The notes below the pieces were generated by a model. It had not been told where the DNA came from and searched no databases. It was given only the letters and a program-made list of their open reading frames with translations. A stretch of 63,440 nucleotides of DNA, filler included, from Choristocarpus tenellus KU-1152 (taxonomy: Eukaryota > Protista > Phaeophyceae): assembly GCA_964200185.2 (NCBI GenBank). It is 9 parts of 9 records of this genome, joined end to end, with 100 filler letters (N's around TTAATTAATTAA, not from the genome) between each part and the next. Parts side by side here need not be neighbours in the genome. Positions count along the whole stretch, not along the records: positions 1 to 15,478 come from CAXNAD020000992.1; 8 more parts are not named here. One strand, written 5' to 3'. Shown here in pieces: positions 1 through 12,320 of the stretch (positions within the stretch are counted from its first letter, which is position 1; each line of letters opens with the position of its first letter). The translations under genes and the position numbers were made by a program.

Positions 1-1321
1 CGACAAACAAAACGCAACCTTCACCACTACACCCATCAAAACTCTAGGGACGGGTCTGCGTGCACGAACTTCAACCTGCTTCGGCAGTGCAAAGTCTCGA
101 GGATATAAAATCGTTTTCTTCGTGCATGTCGTCGTCCTTTAATACCTCCCACTTGACATGCTTAGACTAAGAGGCCGTTGCGAGCATCGCTCATCCCTCC
201 CTCTATGGAGCAAATGATACCATCACACAAAAACACGAATTCTGGCACCGCTATTTCGAATCCATTGCCCAAATTTTAGCATTGCCAGGTTCAAACCATA
301 AGTATGAATCTGAGCAACATTATCAGTGTTTTCTTCGTAAAAGGTTGGCAACGAAACCTTTTACTCGTACCCAATCGAGGGAGGGCTGACAAATCCTGAA
401 TTCGCCAAGCTTTGCAATTGTTACCCAAATGTCAGTCTAGCAGGCCCCGGATGCATGCCGACATCTAAACCACAATACAAAATATGTATCCAACTTGAGT
501 ATTTCCATCTTGATTCTGAATACACCAAGTCTACTCCCTCTAAGGGGCAGAGTCTTCAACATTACCAACATGGACAAAACTTGGGATGACAGAAATCCGC
601 GCGACATTCTGTCGCGTTCACATATTAACCAATATCTCGTTTTCTTACACTATTTTGCAAAGTTGAGGTTAAGCTTCTCATGCGGATTTTCACAGGAGTG
701 GTTTCTCCCAGTTTCATCTACAACAATCAAATGAAGTTATCAGAGCCCAATCACGTCCTCCTTGGCTTCTATTGAGGCTTGCCTGGGTGGCAGACACCAA
801 ATCTATAGGATGGATCCACAATTCGATCCCTCGGCGGTAAGGAAGATGCAGGGGAGGGTGATACATCGATCATCATATCAAATTTGTGTCCCAGGAAATG
901 CTCAAACATCGCAACGGACCCTAGCATTGTCTTTCCTTGGTCCACCTTCCCATGCTAAATCCCCCTGTAGGAATCCATCATTTGTGAACTTCAAGTCTTG
1001 TGAACAATAACAATTAACTGCTATGGAATCAGTTGTAGAAGGGTGCGTTGCAGAAGATTTCGCGGAGTTCTGGTGCACCGAACAAACAAAGTTTGTTTCA
1101 GGAGACGGAGGAAGGCCGAGGATGTATGTTACGCAACCGAGCCGGTCAGGAGCGGCATCATATGTCATGACAGGGCATGAAATCATCGATACCAATCACT
1201 GTCTGGATGGATTTCCCGCGCCTCCCAGTCGGTGCTTTTGTCGAATATTCCTCTTTCCGTCAACCTTACAACCCCTCGTTTGTGCGCCTCGTCCTCTAAT
1301 CGGAAGATGGGGCAAAATACA

Positions 1322-1662
1322 TGTGCAAATTACCTTGGGAGGTAATGCTATTTATGAGTAGTGAAGATAAGAAGGTGTGAAGCCTCACACGATCCCTTTC
1401 GCTGAACGTGAAAAGAATGGAGGAAATTAGAAGAGTGACCTTTGTGTGGTGTATTCTCATTGCTTGTTTATTATTTATTTGTGCTTCCTATCTAAGTCAA
1501 CGGTTGTGTCAAAGTAGTTGAATGCAGAATAAATACCAACACATAATCCCATACATAATCCGGATGTGATATCTCATTAGTTACATCACATAGATTCAAT
1601 TCAACACCATAATCTCATATGCACAAAATAAGGTACACCTCACTATTGTCCTATTTTGCACA
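1322..1662 (-). mobile_element. Solo LTR of a Copia-type retrotransposon
   Basis: Termini TGTGCAAA...TTTGCACA flanked by a 5-bp direct repeat ATACA (1317-1321 and 1663-1667). A closely similar copy at 51066-51422 abuts a polypurine tract, which gives the minus orientation. Confidence 0.88.
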
Positions 1663-4600
1663 ATACATACCGACAACAAAGATCACGAGCAACCCTCTCT
1701 AATAAGATATCATCGACTGAGCAAAGAGGGGAAGGACCAGCGTATGCGAATAGATCACCGGGAGCCTCGATCTCAAACCCGTCACGTAGCACATTTGGGT
1801 GGAGTGGAGTTGTTTCTGGTTTCAGCACTGGATCCCGATCGCCCCGAGCCATCTCTATCCCACCACCTGTCACTGGATCTAGGACGGGGCTGATACAATC
1901 ACCAGTGAGGAGTGCTTCTACTGGTACGAAACTTGTGGGCGTCTCTTCAACGAATCATACTCCCATGGATATACTGAGGTGGGCACTCGTTTTGGGGGGT
2001 TGTGGGTGTTAGAAGTTGTTGTGCTTCCACCTACCTATCCATGGGTCTTTATGTGAATACTTTCTCTGTCGCTTGGATCATCAATTGGCTGGCCATTTGC
2101 TAAGAAGGATATTATGTGCTCGTAGCAAAGTTCGTGCCAGTGGTGAGACAAAGCTTCGTGGTAAATCTAGGTGAGGCTACTTGACGTAGTGCAACCAATA
2201 GTTTTGGGGCTTGCTTTCCTTTCATTCCTTCACACCTCGAAGTCTTCTGTATTTAATGCACAATACTGCCAAACCTCAGACTTCAATGGCGGCAGTCAAA
2301 TGTCAGTGAACAGCAGACCTCAGGTGGGCTCAGCATCACAAAAAATGGGCAATCTTCGCCAACAATGATCAACCCCAATGTTCTGAGGGTGGTTATCCGG
2401 GTGCGACCACTCCTACCTCACGAAAGGCGCAGCAGGGTTTTGGCCTGGGGTGGTGAGGGAGATTTGGTGGTGATAAATCCGTCAGTGTTTCCCAATAGCC
2501 CAGAGACTGTGAGTATGAGACCTACGTATCCTGAACAAGTCGCATATCAACTGTCACCATTGATTTTACTCCATCCACGTACTCCAGAAGTATCCAATAT
2601 CCGCCACCACGTACTTTCCCAATCCCATACAAATCTTACAACTGCTTTCCTGGTCGATTTCCTCTCTTCACTTTCTTCACCTCTACCGTTTGCTACAGTC
2701 CTTGTGTACTCACCTCTTGGCCCCACATGATGAAGAGTGATAGACTAACGGTGGGGTTTGCTGCTCCCAAGTATGTAACAGTACCTACAAATGGCGGAGG
2801 AAAAGGCATACAACTTTGCAACACACCTCTCCCCCGTTCCTATACACCAAAACCACATACCCTCAAAAACGGTTATCACAACAGCAGCTGCTGTAAGCAA
2901 TGAGTACATGGGAACGTTGGGTTGGCAAAGGTCTTTCGTGTTTGACAGGATTTTTGGCTAGGAGAAGGAATGTGGTCTTGCTCACCAGGCTCGGCATAGG
3001 GGAGAAATGGAGCAGGGGTTGCCCGGGTCCCAAGAAGCCGTTCACACTGAAGTGGGCAAGGGCATGGTCATGGATGTCCTCCAGGTTGTCGTGCTTGCTA
3101 GAAGCATTGTTCCCCTCTTCGTACAATTCTAATAATGGTTTAGGTTTGGAGAGAGAGAGGGTAGAAGGTGATAGGACTGACTTTGAGTGTGACACATCAT
3201 TCGTTTTCCTTTACCACAAGTGCCTCCTTGATGCAGGGTTGCTACTGTACTGAAAATGTGTATTCATGTGGACTTTAAATCTCAAGATATTTTGAAATGG
3301 AGCAATCCCTCGCTTCTTCCGCTCACATCTTCCCAACTGTGCCCAGAGGACTCCATCTTGTTTAAAATTCAAGTCAATGAAAGCACTTGTTCATGATGCA
3401 TCTGCTCTCGACTACGACTTGTGCACCACCGCCCTCCTTTTCCCCTTCCCCGAGGAGTCTAAAAAATCATTTCCTTCTGTAATCCCCATAATCTCAACCA
3501 ACCACTTCAGGGAAAAAATTGTTTGTGCGTGGCACACGGGCATGTAGGTAGTGGCAAGAGCTACTCTATCTTCGGCCGCTGTCCAGTAGAACCAGGAAAG
3601 GCAACTGCAGCAACTTGGCAATGGCGACCCACTGGAGAAAATTGTGGCCTTGTGCCTAGGCTTTGTTCCGACCTGTGTCAACGCATGGAAGGTGCTCAAC
3701 ACGTGCCTGAGCATTCCAAAGGACATGCAAGTGAGTGAAGAGGTTTATAAAATATGGGCAATTATTACGGGGTATATATAATAAGGATGGATAAGGACTT
3801 GGCTTCCTCAAATGTGATCATCTCACTTCTCATTGCATTCACAATACCCACATAAGGATTGTGAGTGGCCTTCTTGGAGCGCAATGCAGTGGGAAAAATT
3901 CAGACAGTGCTCAAGGTATTGGCCAAGATACTGGCCAAGATACACTTTATGAAAATGATTAACTCTGGGAAGTAATGGAGTAGAATATGAAGACTTGTCC
4001 TTTGTCACTCTGCAGTGCTCGTCCTGGAGTGATTGATCAGTGAGGGAGGGGGGGAGGAAGGCTATCGACGATCAAATGATGCCGACACGATCCTTTCAAC
4101 AATAACAAGAGCGGCTCTCAGCAGCAGACCAGGACAACTGTTACGTCAAGACACCCCTATCAGGATTATCGTATTATTATATTTATGAAAATGGAAGTAA
4201 TGGTGTAGAATATGAACATTTGTCCTTTGTCACTCAGCTCAAAGTTTTCCCAACATAATACGAAGTCACACAATTACAATAATAGCCTAGCTATTGCCCC
4301 TCGTCACTTAGCACAAAACAACTAGCACCATTCTGCTGCTATGCTCATATAGGCATGGAAATTATGGTGTCATTTATCGGGGTGTGCGTGGATCAGATCA
4401 GGGACCTCCTTCACCCTGATGCAGACACCACAATATTTCGTGTCAGGGAAAATCGCTGTGCAGGCTCTTTCTTCGTGGAAAACCTTACTCCAATGAAGGC
4501 AAGGGGCATTTCTCGTGGAACATTGTACTCTATGTTCAGTAATTTGTGACTTGAAGAAATTTTCTCCTCTTACTACTCCGGAATATAATATGCCTGTGTG

Positions 4601-5679
4601 GAGGGCAAGAAAAATATTGCCATAGTGCGGATGCAGGGGTAAGGTGTGTTGTGCCAACTCCAAGCAAAAATATGTAGTGTGAAAAGTTGACCGACCACAT
4701 TTGCTCCTTCAAAGTAAAAATATTTGTAACATCTGCCGTAGATATGTTATTTAGAGGAAAGCCTAAGAAATTCAGGGAAAGGATATATTGGGTTTATCAT
4801 CTATGAAAGCAATTCCACCTTCAGATTCGCCGAACATCATCATACTGGAGCTCACGAACACTAGCAATGTGATCACTGTCCAAACTGGTCCTTATATACA
4901 CACCGTAGCAGCCCGAGACCTGGGCTCGCACAAACACTGAAACTAGACCACGGTCCAGACTGGACCTGCCACAACCTGGATGGGGTCATGACTGGATATT
5001 TTACAAACACAAGAAACCGAGGGACGTGGTCTGGAATTGGCATTCAACCAATCCCCGTGTTCCAGGAACCAGACCTTTCAGAAACATGTTACACCAGTTC
5101 AGCTCTGACTGTAATACTGACACATCTGGACGTTTTTGGGACACTCATGCACTACATATCCAGATTGATCATAGTACGAGTTCCTTACGTCGAGACTGGG
5201 TAGAGATAACCGTTGCACGGTCCATAAAAGACACTTCCAAACCTAGTGGTCGAAAACCAGACCTGGAACAAGATTCCTCTAACTTGATGTCAGTCCAAAC
5301 CAGACCTTTCACAAACACGAGATCTGGGTCACGGTCCAGGCCAGGCAGTGTCACAAACCATAGTTGCCCAACACATCAGACCTTCCATAACCTCATCTTT
5401 TGAAAATACAGTGAGGTCTAAGATACATTGGGCTAACAGTACCTTTAGTTATAATATGAGTCAAATTGGAACCTGGTACGTTTTTGTCCAAAGTGAACAT
5501 ACTTCAGGCTCTTTCTTTGTCTATCACAAAAACCCATTATAATATACAATATATAAAACCAAATTGAGGGTTTCGAATGCATTGCATGCTGTTGATATAC
5601 ACATTTTGTTTCCCTCTTCTCAACAACTAGTCCACCTCCACAACATAGTGCAACCCTACTGAGGAGAGAGTCCTTGCAG

Positions 5680-8600
5680 TGGTTGACCAACCGTGGTCAA
5701 GTGTCTACAATTCCATTGAATTCTCGAGACCTGATCATGTAGGATCGAGTGTGGGGCGTTCTACAACACACAAGGAGTCAATAACGATCTCAACAAGTCC
5801 ACTGAAACTGAATCTTGCATATATCCATGAAGATACAAGGAGGACAATATGGTTGAGGGGTCAACTTGTCGTCAGGAAACGACACTCTTGCGAGTGTGTT
5901 CAGGGGAAGCACGAATGAATGGGAACAGTCTGCGGGTGGGTAAGGATTGCGCGTGTTTCATTTACCGTATGAGGTAGATATCCTCGTTTTGGATTCTTTC
6001 ACATTGGAGAGGGTGCGAACGCATTTGAGCGAATGGCGCGTATATGAAGAGAAGTTCCACGAGCAGGAACAATTGCAGTGCCTGAGGGCAACTCGTGTAA
6101 ACATCAAGGATACGGTGAAGTTGGGCACCTTGCGGGCTTTACTGCGAGGTGTGTGCTGATGCACCAGTGGCGAGAAGCTGCTGAGGAATAGGCATCTGGA
6201 ACAGGTGGCGAGGGTCTCGGCAACAAATCGAACCCTAGATATGGGAGAGATTGAAGTCCAATCGAATACCCTAGCCACAATGAGGAACGACGCACGAACT
6301 TCGATCGGGTGCAACTCGTGAAAGAGGCACTAGAGAACTGCATGAGGTCTTCCGTCTCGATGTTGGCAAGGAGGCCGAAAGCTGGCAACATGGGTGGGCC
6401 AAGTGTTGTCTGGGGCGATCCTCGCAGTATTGTCAGCATTATGACCTGTGGAATGCAGGGACCAGGCCCTTGGGGAGGTGAAGTGGTATCCTGACATCAT
6501 GAATGATTTGGATGAACTGTTTGACCTCCCGCTCGGAGAGGCGAAGAAGTCTCACACTTTTGAGCGCGCTATGGAATCCCGGGCTAAGCATCGTACGTTT
6601 GGGGCAGTGTAAGAGCGAGATGTGTCTTTTGACAGGCCCAAATGCGTCAGAGTTGCGCAGGTTGGCAGGGCTGAGGAAAGTGGTTCAACACGGTCCCGTG
6701 AAAGTGAACAAAAGAGGTGGGATTAATGGCCTTCGGCCATAACTGTGGCTAGCAAGGCTACAAGGTGACTGTGTGTGGATGTGGAATGATTTTAATACCT
6801 CGAAGAAAACAACAGTACCACCAGCAGCAATGTACTTTACAAGGAGGAAGCCAAGGCTGGGTACGTTACTGTATCCAGGCCAAGGATATTGTGGTGGTGC
6901 GGGTTAGGGACTGTGTCTTAACAGTGGTTTCATCAACACCAATACGATCTTGAAGTCCTAGATTTTATATGTTTGTACTTCTTAACTACTTTTATTATTT
7001 AGTCATTATGATGCCGCATAGAGGCAGTACCTGTTTGTTCAGTCCTATTTGTATACCCCCACAAAAGCAATAAATTCAATAATTGAAGAGCGAGATCCAG
7101 CACTTTTTGACGACGTTTCCTTTATGGCACCCTCTACGAGCCTCATCATCCACACATCCAGCCTTGTGGATTAGAACTACATATCCCATCGTGGTTAAGC
7201 TTGTGGAGCATTTTGTAAGACCTTCTTTCTGGACAGAAGGGTAGATCAAGCCGCTTGGGTGCAGCCCAAGGCACCCACAGCCATCAAAGGAAGATGATCC
7301 TCTGGTCCCAAGAGTATACAGGGAGGAGAGGCTTTTGGCACCTCCAGGAGAACAGCTTACACTAGAACTGATGGTGCCGAGTGTGGGGAGTTGAATGCAT
7401 TTGTGTCACCCCTAGGAATTCACTATGACAGTGCATGAGAATCTGGACATCCTATAGGTCTCTGTCATGTCAAAAAGGACTATGGTGTGGGGTTCTGGCT
7501 GCAATGGGGGATCCTATATGGATCACAGGACCAGTCATCTCTTGGCCTCAATTGTCCACACAGGGACTGACATGGCTCAGGTATGCACGCCTTTCATATT
7601 TTTTCGCAATAACTATTGTACTCACCTTATTTGTGTTGATACAAACATAAAGAACACAGTGTGACAGTTTCATGTACGCTTAACAGAGTAGTATCGTACA
7701 TAGCAGTATGATAAGTCAGTCATATGTCCGGAAATGGATGACCAAGACAGAAGTCCATCGGATAATTAATAATCAGTGTATGTTCAGCATGTAACCCACC
7801 AGCAGTTCATGGCAATAAGCCTTTTCCTGGACGAATCTATTCAAGTCATCTAAGTGCATCCTGGATGTTAGATCCATGGTCACTGGCATGTCCAAAGGCC
7901 TGGCGAAGAAGCTGATAGTACACCATGGGGGTGTGCATCTTACCTCCCCTTGCCCTCATCATACCTGTACGTCCATCATCATGGCTGACAGCCGTTGGAG
8001 TATCATTCGGGAGGTTAGAGTACCTCTTCACCACTCGCTACACACACCTCACGGACCCATCCAGCTTTGGAACATGACCATGACAGTCCTCCCCGGCACT
8101 GATGGTGTGCTTATTGTGGGAAGAAAAACCCTCCGAGATATCCTGGAGCTGGGTTTTCATCTTTCAGGATGGCCCTTACGGGTGTGGCGGCAGCTGCAGG
8201 GGAAATCATGACCCTCTGGGTCACCTGTCCCTCGATGAAGATGGAATGGTGCGCATTGATGTGGGTTGCCAGCCCGGCTGTGGATCCCTGGTGATTGTCA
8301 GGCTTTGCCGAAATGGTGTGTGGCGCGTATGGGAGAAGCTTGACACCTCGGCATGGCTGCAACAATGCAGTGACTCAAGGTGCATGCGCTTTATCATATA
8401 TGGAGGCAGATGTGACCGATTCTGTGCAGGACTGTTTGAACTGCATGGATGCAAAGGATGGTGGTCATGTGCCCAGATCTTATGGTGAGATGGTACATGT
8501 CAAAGCAACTGGGCAGACTCTTCACGTCATCTACCTTCACGTGGGAGAAAATGAGATATCGGAATGATTGCATGTCCACAACCAATGGGAATTTGAAATA
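5680..8600 (+). mobile_element. Highly degenerate Ty3/Gypsy-like relic inside a kinesin intron
   Basis: Gag-like fragments at 5947-6494, protease-like LDPWS/GMSKGLAKKL...LIVGRKTL at 7860-8150, and integrase-like CLNCMDAK...LHVIYLHVG at 8430-8560. Many stops and frameshifts; boundaries approximate. Confidence 0.55.
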
Positions 8601-8955
8601 ACTGTCATTCTGGAAATGCTTAGAGCAAGGGTTGGGTACGAGGATTTCGTGGACTGACTTAGATTGAAGAGGATGAGAGGTCTGGGGGTGCTGTAGACCC
8701 AGATTTAGGATTTCATAATATGGCATCGGCATTGTCATTGATATACATATTATTTTATTGAGCTTGCCTGGTCTGAGAGCAAGTAGGCTCACTCTCAATG
8801 AGGACATCGAACTGTAGAATCTTGTACTGCAAGCCTACTGAGGGGTGAGTTTGCGACACTTAGACTGGCCCTGGATTTGATTTACCCCTGGTCCGGACTA
8901 GTCCTTTAACAAAGAGTCAAAGTTGATGAGAGGTATACCCAGACTTGCTTTTTTG

Positions 8956-9133
8956 GCTCAAAATATCTGGGGGGGAGGGGGGGTCTACACCAGGGTGCCC
9001 ATTCGGGTCCTAACCCGGAGAAGCGTACTTACACTATCCATTCGACGCATGCAACCAGATAAGCCAAAAATCGCAACATGGAAAAATGGCCCCCGAATGG
9101 ATAGCCGCCCACCCCCCCCAGATCCTTTGAGCC
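8956..9133. mobile_element. Short MITE, second CAAAGTATC-type subfamily
   Basis: Terminal inverted repeats GGCTCAAAATATCTGGGGGG ... CCCCCCAGATCCTTTGAGCC. Related ends occur at 31668-31708, 54621-54653, 57963-58137 and 60768-60810. Confidence 0.7.
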
Positions 9134-10835
9134 TTCAGGATGTTGACAATTGTGTGGAAATTTCGGAGTTTTGTCGAAATGTATGACATTTTCTGAGCTG
9201 TGTAGAAGCTTCGACGAACACCAGAGAAATAAACGCTCTCGAGTCAAACTCACAACTTGATCCATAGAAATATGTGTGAATCCCAAAAGATTGAGAAACA
9301 GACTAAAAAATTAAAACGGGCAAAACCTGGGTATCTCTCGTATTCTTTCGCCCAAACTCCAGTGGTTTTGGATTGGAGCTTCAAAATATCACATAGCAGG
9401 CCACTGTCCGGAATAGACGTCTACAATATTTTACAACTAGAGATTAAATTGCGGCAAACAATAGCCACTTGGGACCAGAACTTCCACCAACATAAGCATA
9501 AGGGCTGCCATCTAGATCAGACTTTTACAACCTCATCTGAAGTCGTGAAGATACACATAAGGAAACGAGGCAATATAGCACTGGGTTCATTAATTGAGTA
9601 GGTATGGTCAAGGAACCGACTGTACATGACGGCTAAGGGTAAACCCCCTGACACCTGGTTGTTAATTTCTATTGTGTGAAAGGTGGAGGACGAAGGAGCT
9701 TCAGAAGCAATATGACGTGGAAGATATCTCTCTATTGCTTGTAGAACGCAAATTGTTCGCTCTAGCAATCCTACTCATATGCCATACCCCATTATGGTGC
9801 TCGTTCTTTAAAATCCAATGCTTTCCTCGTTATTCTAATGCCTCACAATGATAGGTGACTTCATGGCCTCATCTGAATTACCTGATCTCTCGAGGATTCT
9901 ACTCTCTCTCCAAGGCAGGCACCTCCAAGAACAGAATGAGCGGCAACGGCCATGCCATATTTACCCTAGAGGTAGGAAAATCGCCTTGCAGTACCATTGC
10001 AGTACCCTCCAAAGCAGGTTTTAAGGATTTTGTCATCAGATCTCAGTACTTGGTATGAGTCGGCTTGAAGAGGGGCTCTTGTCTTGTGCCTTTGACGTGC
10101 TTGTGAGAGGTGTTTGAAGCACTACTGCAGTAACTTGAACTCCATACTATTAGCAGCATCTGTTTCAGGTAGTTTTGTTGATTCTGTGCGATGCGTTGTA
10201 CCAGTACATCGTATCACAACAAGAAACAAATGTATGTGTAGAAGACTCCTACCTTCTAATTAGAGAGTCTGCACTGTAGAGGGCAATTGGGAAGACGACC
10301 ACGATAATGACTACTCTTGCTTTCAGGGCGGCAAACTATTTTCGCCTTGCTTAACACAATCTAGTCTCTTCAGCCCTTCTAATTACTGTATATGCCCACA
10401 CAAATATTTCCATGTGCAGTGTGGGGGGTCAATGGATAAGGCAAAAGGGTAGTCAACATTTCTAGCTCGTGAGGCATTCTACTAGAAAAGGGGTTCGCCT
10501 CAACAAAGGTTCCATTGTTGGTTCGCAATATGGTCCATCACCCTCTCTCTCTTCATCCAGGTGCACACTAACCGGGGAGTAAGCCGAGTCCAGGTAGTTG
10601 AACTTGCCAGCTCGAAGCGTCAGCTACCAGAGATGGGAGTAAGGCAGAAAGACCCTGCCTATGTGGAAGGTGAAGGATTTGGCAGACCAGGTTAGAGTCA
10701 CCACAAGGACAAGAATCAACTTGAGCAGCAGTTGCGAGAATCAACCAACATCAATAAGACCCTCACCAACTTGGGTGGAATCCTCACTCGTCTCTCAAAA
10801 GGAAAACCTGTCATCGGTCTGCCTTTCTCAAGGTC

Positions 10836-11150
10836 AGACATAGTATTTATCCGTAGATATATTTAGATAGATGTGTCTTGTCGTACCACTAGTTTTGATG
10901 GGTTGTGTGGTAGGTCGATGTGCCAGTGGCCATGGGGAGAGACGTTGATATTGCTTATGTCTTACATCCACCCTGGAGATGGTTTAGCCTTTCCACTGGC
11001 AAGAGCAAAGAGGGATATACCCAGCAGAGATGTTATTTGCACGAAGAGTAGTATCTGTGCACATTGCTGCACATGAAGACATAAACGCTTGATTGTTGCC
11101 CGTGTCCTAGATACACAGACACATGCCCATGAGTGGATACACTACACTTA
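10836..11150. repeat. Dispersed repeat, copy A (internally deleted; carries the empty MITE target site)
   Basis: Collinear with 11584-12320 but lacks ~165 nt and the MITE. Confidence 0.8.
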
Positions 11151-11583
11151 CATATCCACTCTCCCTAAACTTCCCCCTTTCACTCCATTTCTGCCAACAA
11201 CTCTGCTCCCATAGCTTTTGCTTTGAGCTAGTAGGAGTGCATTGCCAAACATTATAGCACTGCCCACTTACGAGAATCCAATGCTATTTCAATATCCCAC
11301 CCTTCTCCTAACACATGGCTGGTCCTCTTCAGTATTGCATGGTCTCTTGTTGAGATCATGGCTTGTTGTATCGTTTGTGATCTAAATCATGTGTTCTACA
11401 GGATAACCTCTCTGGCCGGACACAGATCACTGTGCTGGCGACTGTCAGCCCTTCCGCAGGGGCTCACAAGGACACCCTCCACAGTGATCCGTGTCCGGCC
11501 AGAGAGGTTATCCTGTAGAACACATGATTCAGATCACAAACGATACGACAAAACATTCCGTTTTGACGAGGCTTGTGAATTTG

Positions 11584-12320
11584 AGACATAGCATTTATCC
11601 ATAAATATATTTAGATAGATGTGTCTTGGCGGACTACTAGTTCTGATGGGGTTTCGTCTTTTTGAGATTCATATAATTTCTGCGCTCTGATTCTATCTAC
11701 ATTTGCATAGAATCTGGTTTTAGCTGATTTTTTAAGTTTATCTTCTCCGTGACTCAAGACTCCAACTTCTGCATCATTTGTGTTTGAGCTAATTACATTA
11801 CTAGACGCGGGGGTGTGTGGTAGGTGGTTGTGCCAGTAGCCATGAGGAGAGACGTTGATATTGTTCATGTCGTACATCCACCCTGGAGATTGTTTAGCCT
11901 TTCCACTGGCAAGAGCAAAAAGGGATAACCCAGCAGAGAAGTTCTTTGCACAAAGAGTAGTATCTGTGCACATCGCTGCACATGAAGACATAAACGCTTG
12001 AGTGTTGAGCCAAAGTATCTTTTAGAGGGTAGAGCCGCATCCATTTGAGGGTCAAAATCCAATGTTGCAGTTTTGATGAAATTTTGGCTATCGTGTTTGT
12101 TAGTAAGTATCAATATCCTTGTTCTGGACACACCTTTTTATAACGTACACATTTTATCTATTCCGAAATTTCTCGGAGTAGGAAAATGTCATAAAATACC
12201 CTGANNNNNNNNAAATGGACAAACAGGGCAATACTCGTACCCTCTAAGATACTTTCACTCTGTTGCCCATGTTCTAGATACACAGACACATGCCCATGAG
12301 TGGATATACTACACTCACAT
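11584..12320. repeat. Dispersed repeat, copy B (with MITE insertion)
   Basis: Shares AGACATAG..TTTATCC..ATTTAGATAGATGTGTCTT...CACATGCCCATGAGTGGATA with copy A. Contains a 126-codon minus-strand ORF of unknown nature. Confidence 0.8.
12007..12260. mobile_element. ~260-bp MITE (Sola2-like), TSD TGTT
   Basis: GAGCCAAAGTATC...GATACTTTCACTC. TGTT on both sides (12003-12006, 12261-12264). The paralogous empty site near 11094 has a single TGTT. Confidence 0.9.

Larger units (their letters stand above)
2365..11575 (+). pseudogene. Decayed kinesin motor gene (kinesin-3-like), about 7 exon remnants
   Basis: Exons 2365-2508 (VVIRVRPLLPHE), ~2872-3084 (RSFVFD...SQEAVHTEVG), 3511-3730 (P-loop AHGHVGSGKSYSIFG, GLVPR), 4353-4498 (VSFIGVCVDQIRDLL...FFVENL), 9855-9971 (switch-I-like NRMSGNGHAIFTL), 10561-~10832 (VVELASSKR; ESTNINKTLTNLG; LPF), 11402-~11575 (DNLSGRTQITVLATVSPS). 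In-frame TAG at 2959 and 10693, degraded switch motifs and a frameshift. Confidence 0.85.

Noticed and set aside
4840-5390. Loose recurrence of CCAGACC/ACAAACAC motifs
   Set aside because: No consistent period or reading frame could be established by eye.
2959-10695. Two in-frame TAGs in kinesin exons as possible stop-codon reassignment
   Set aside because: The same gene has degraded catalytic motifs and a frameshift, and the intact genes show no internal TAG. Pseudogenisation is the simpler explanation.
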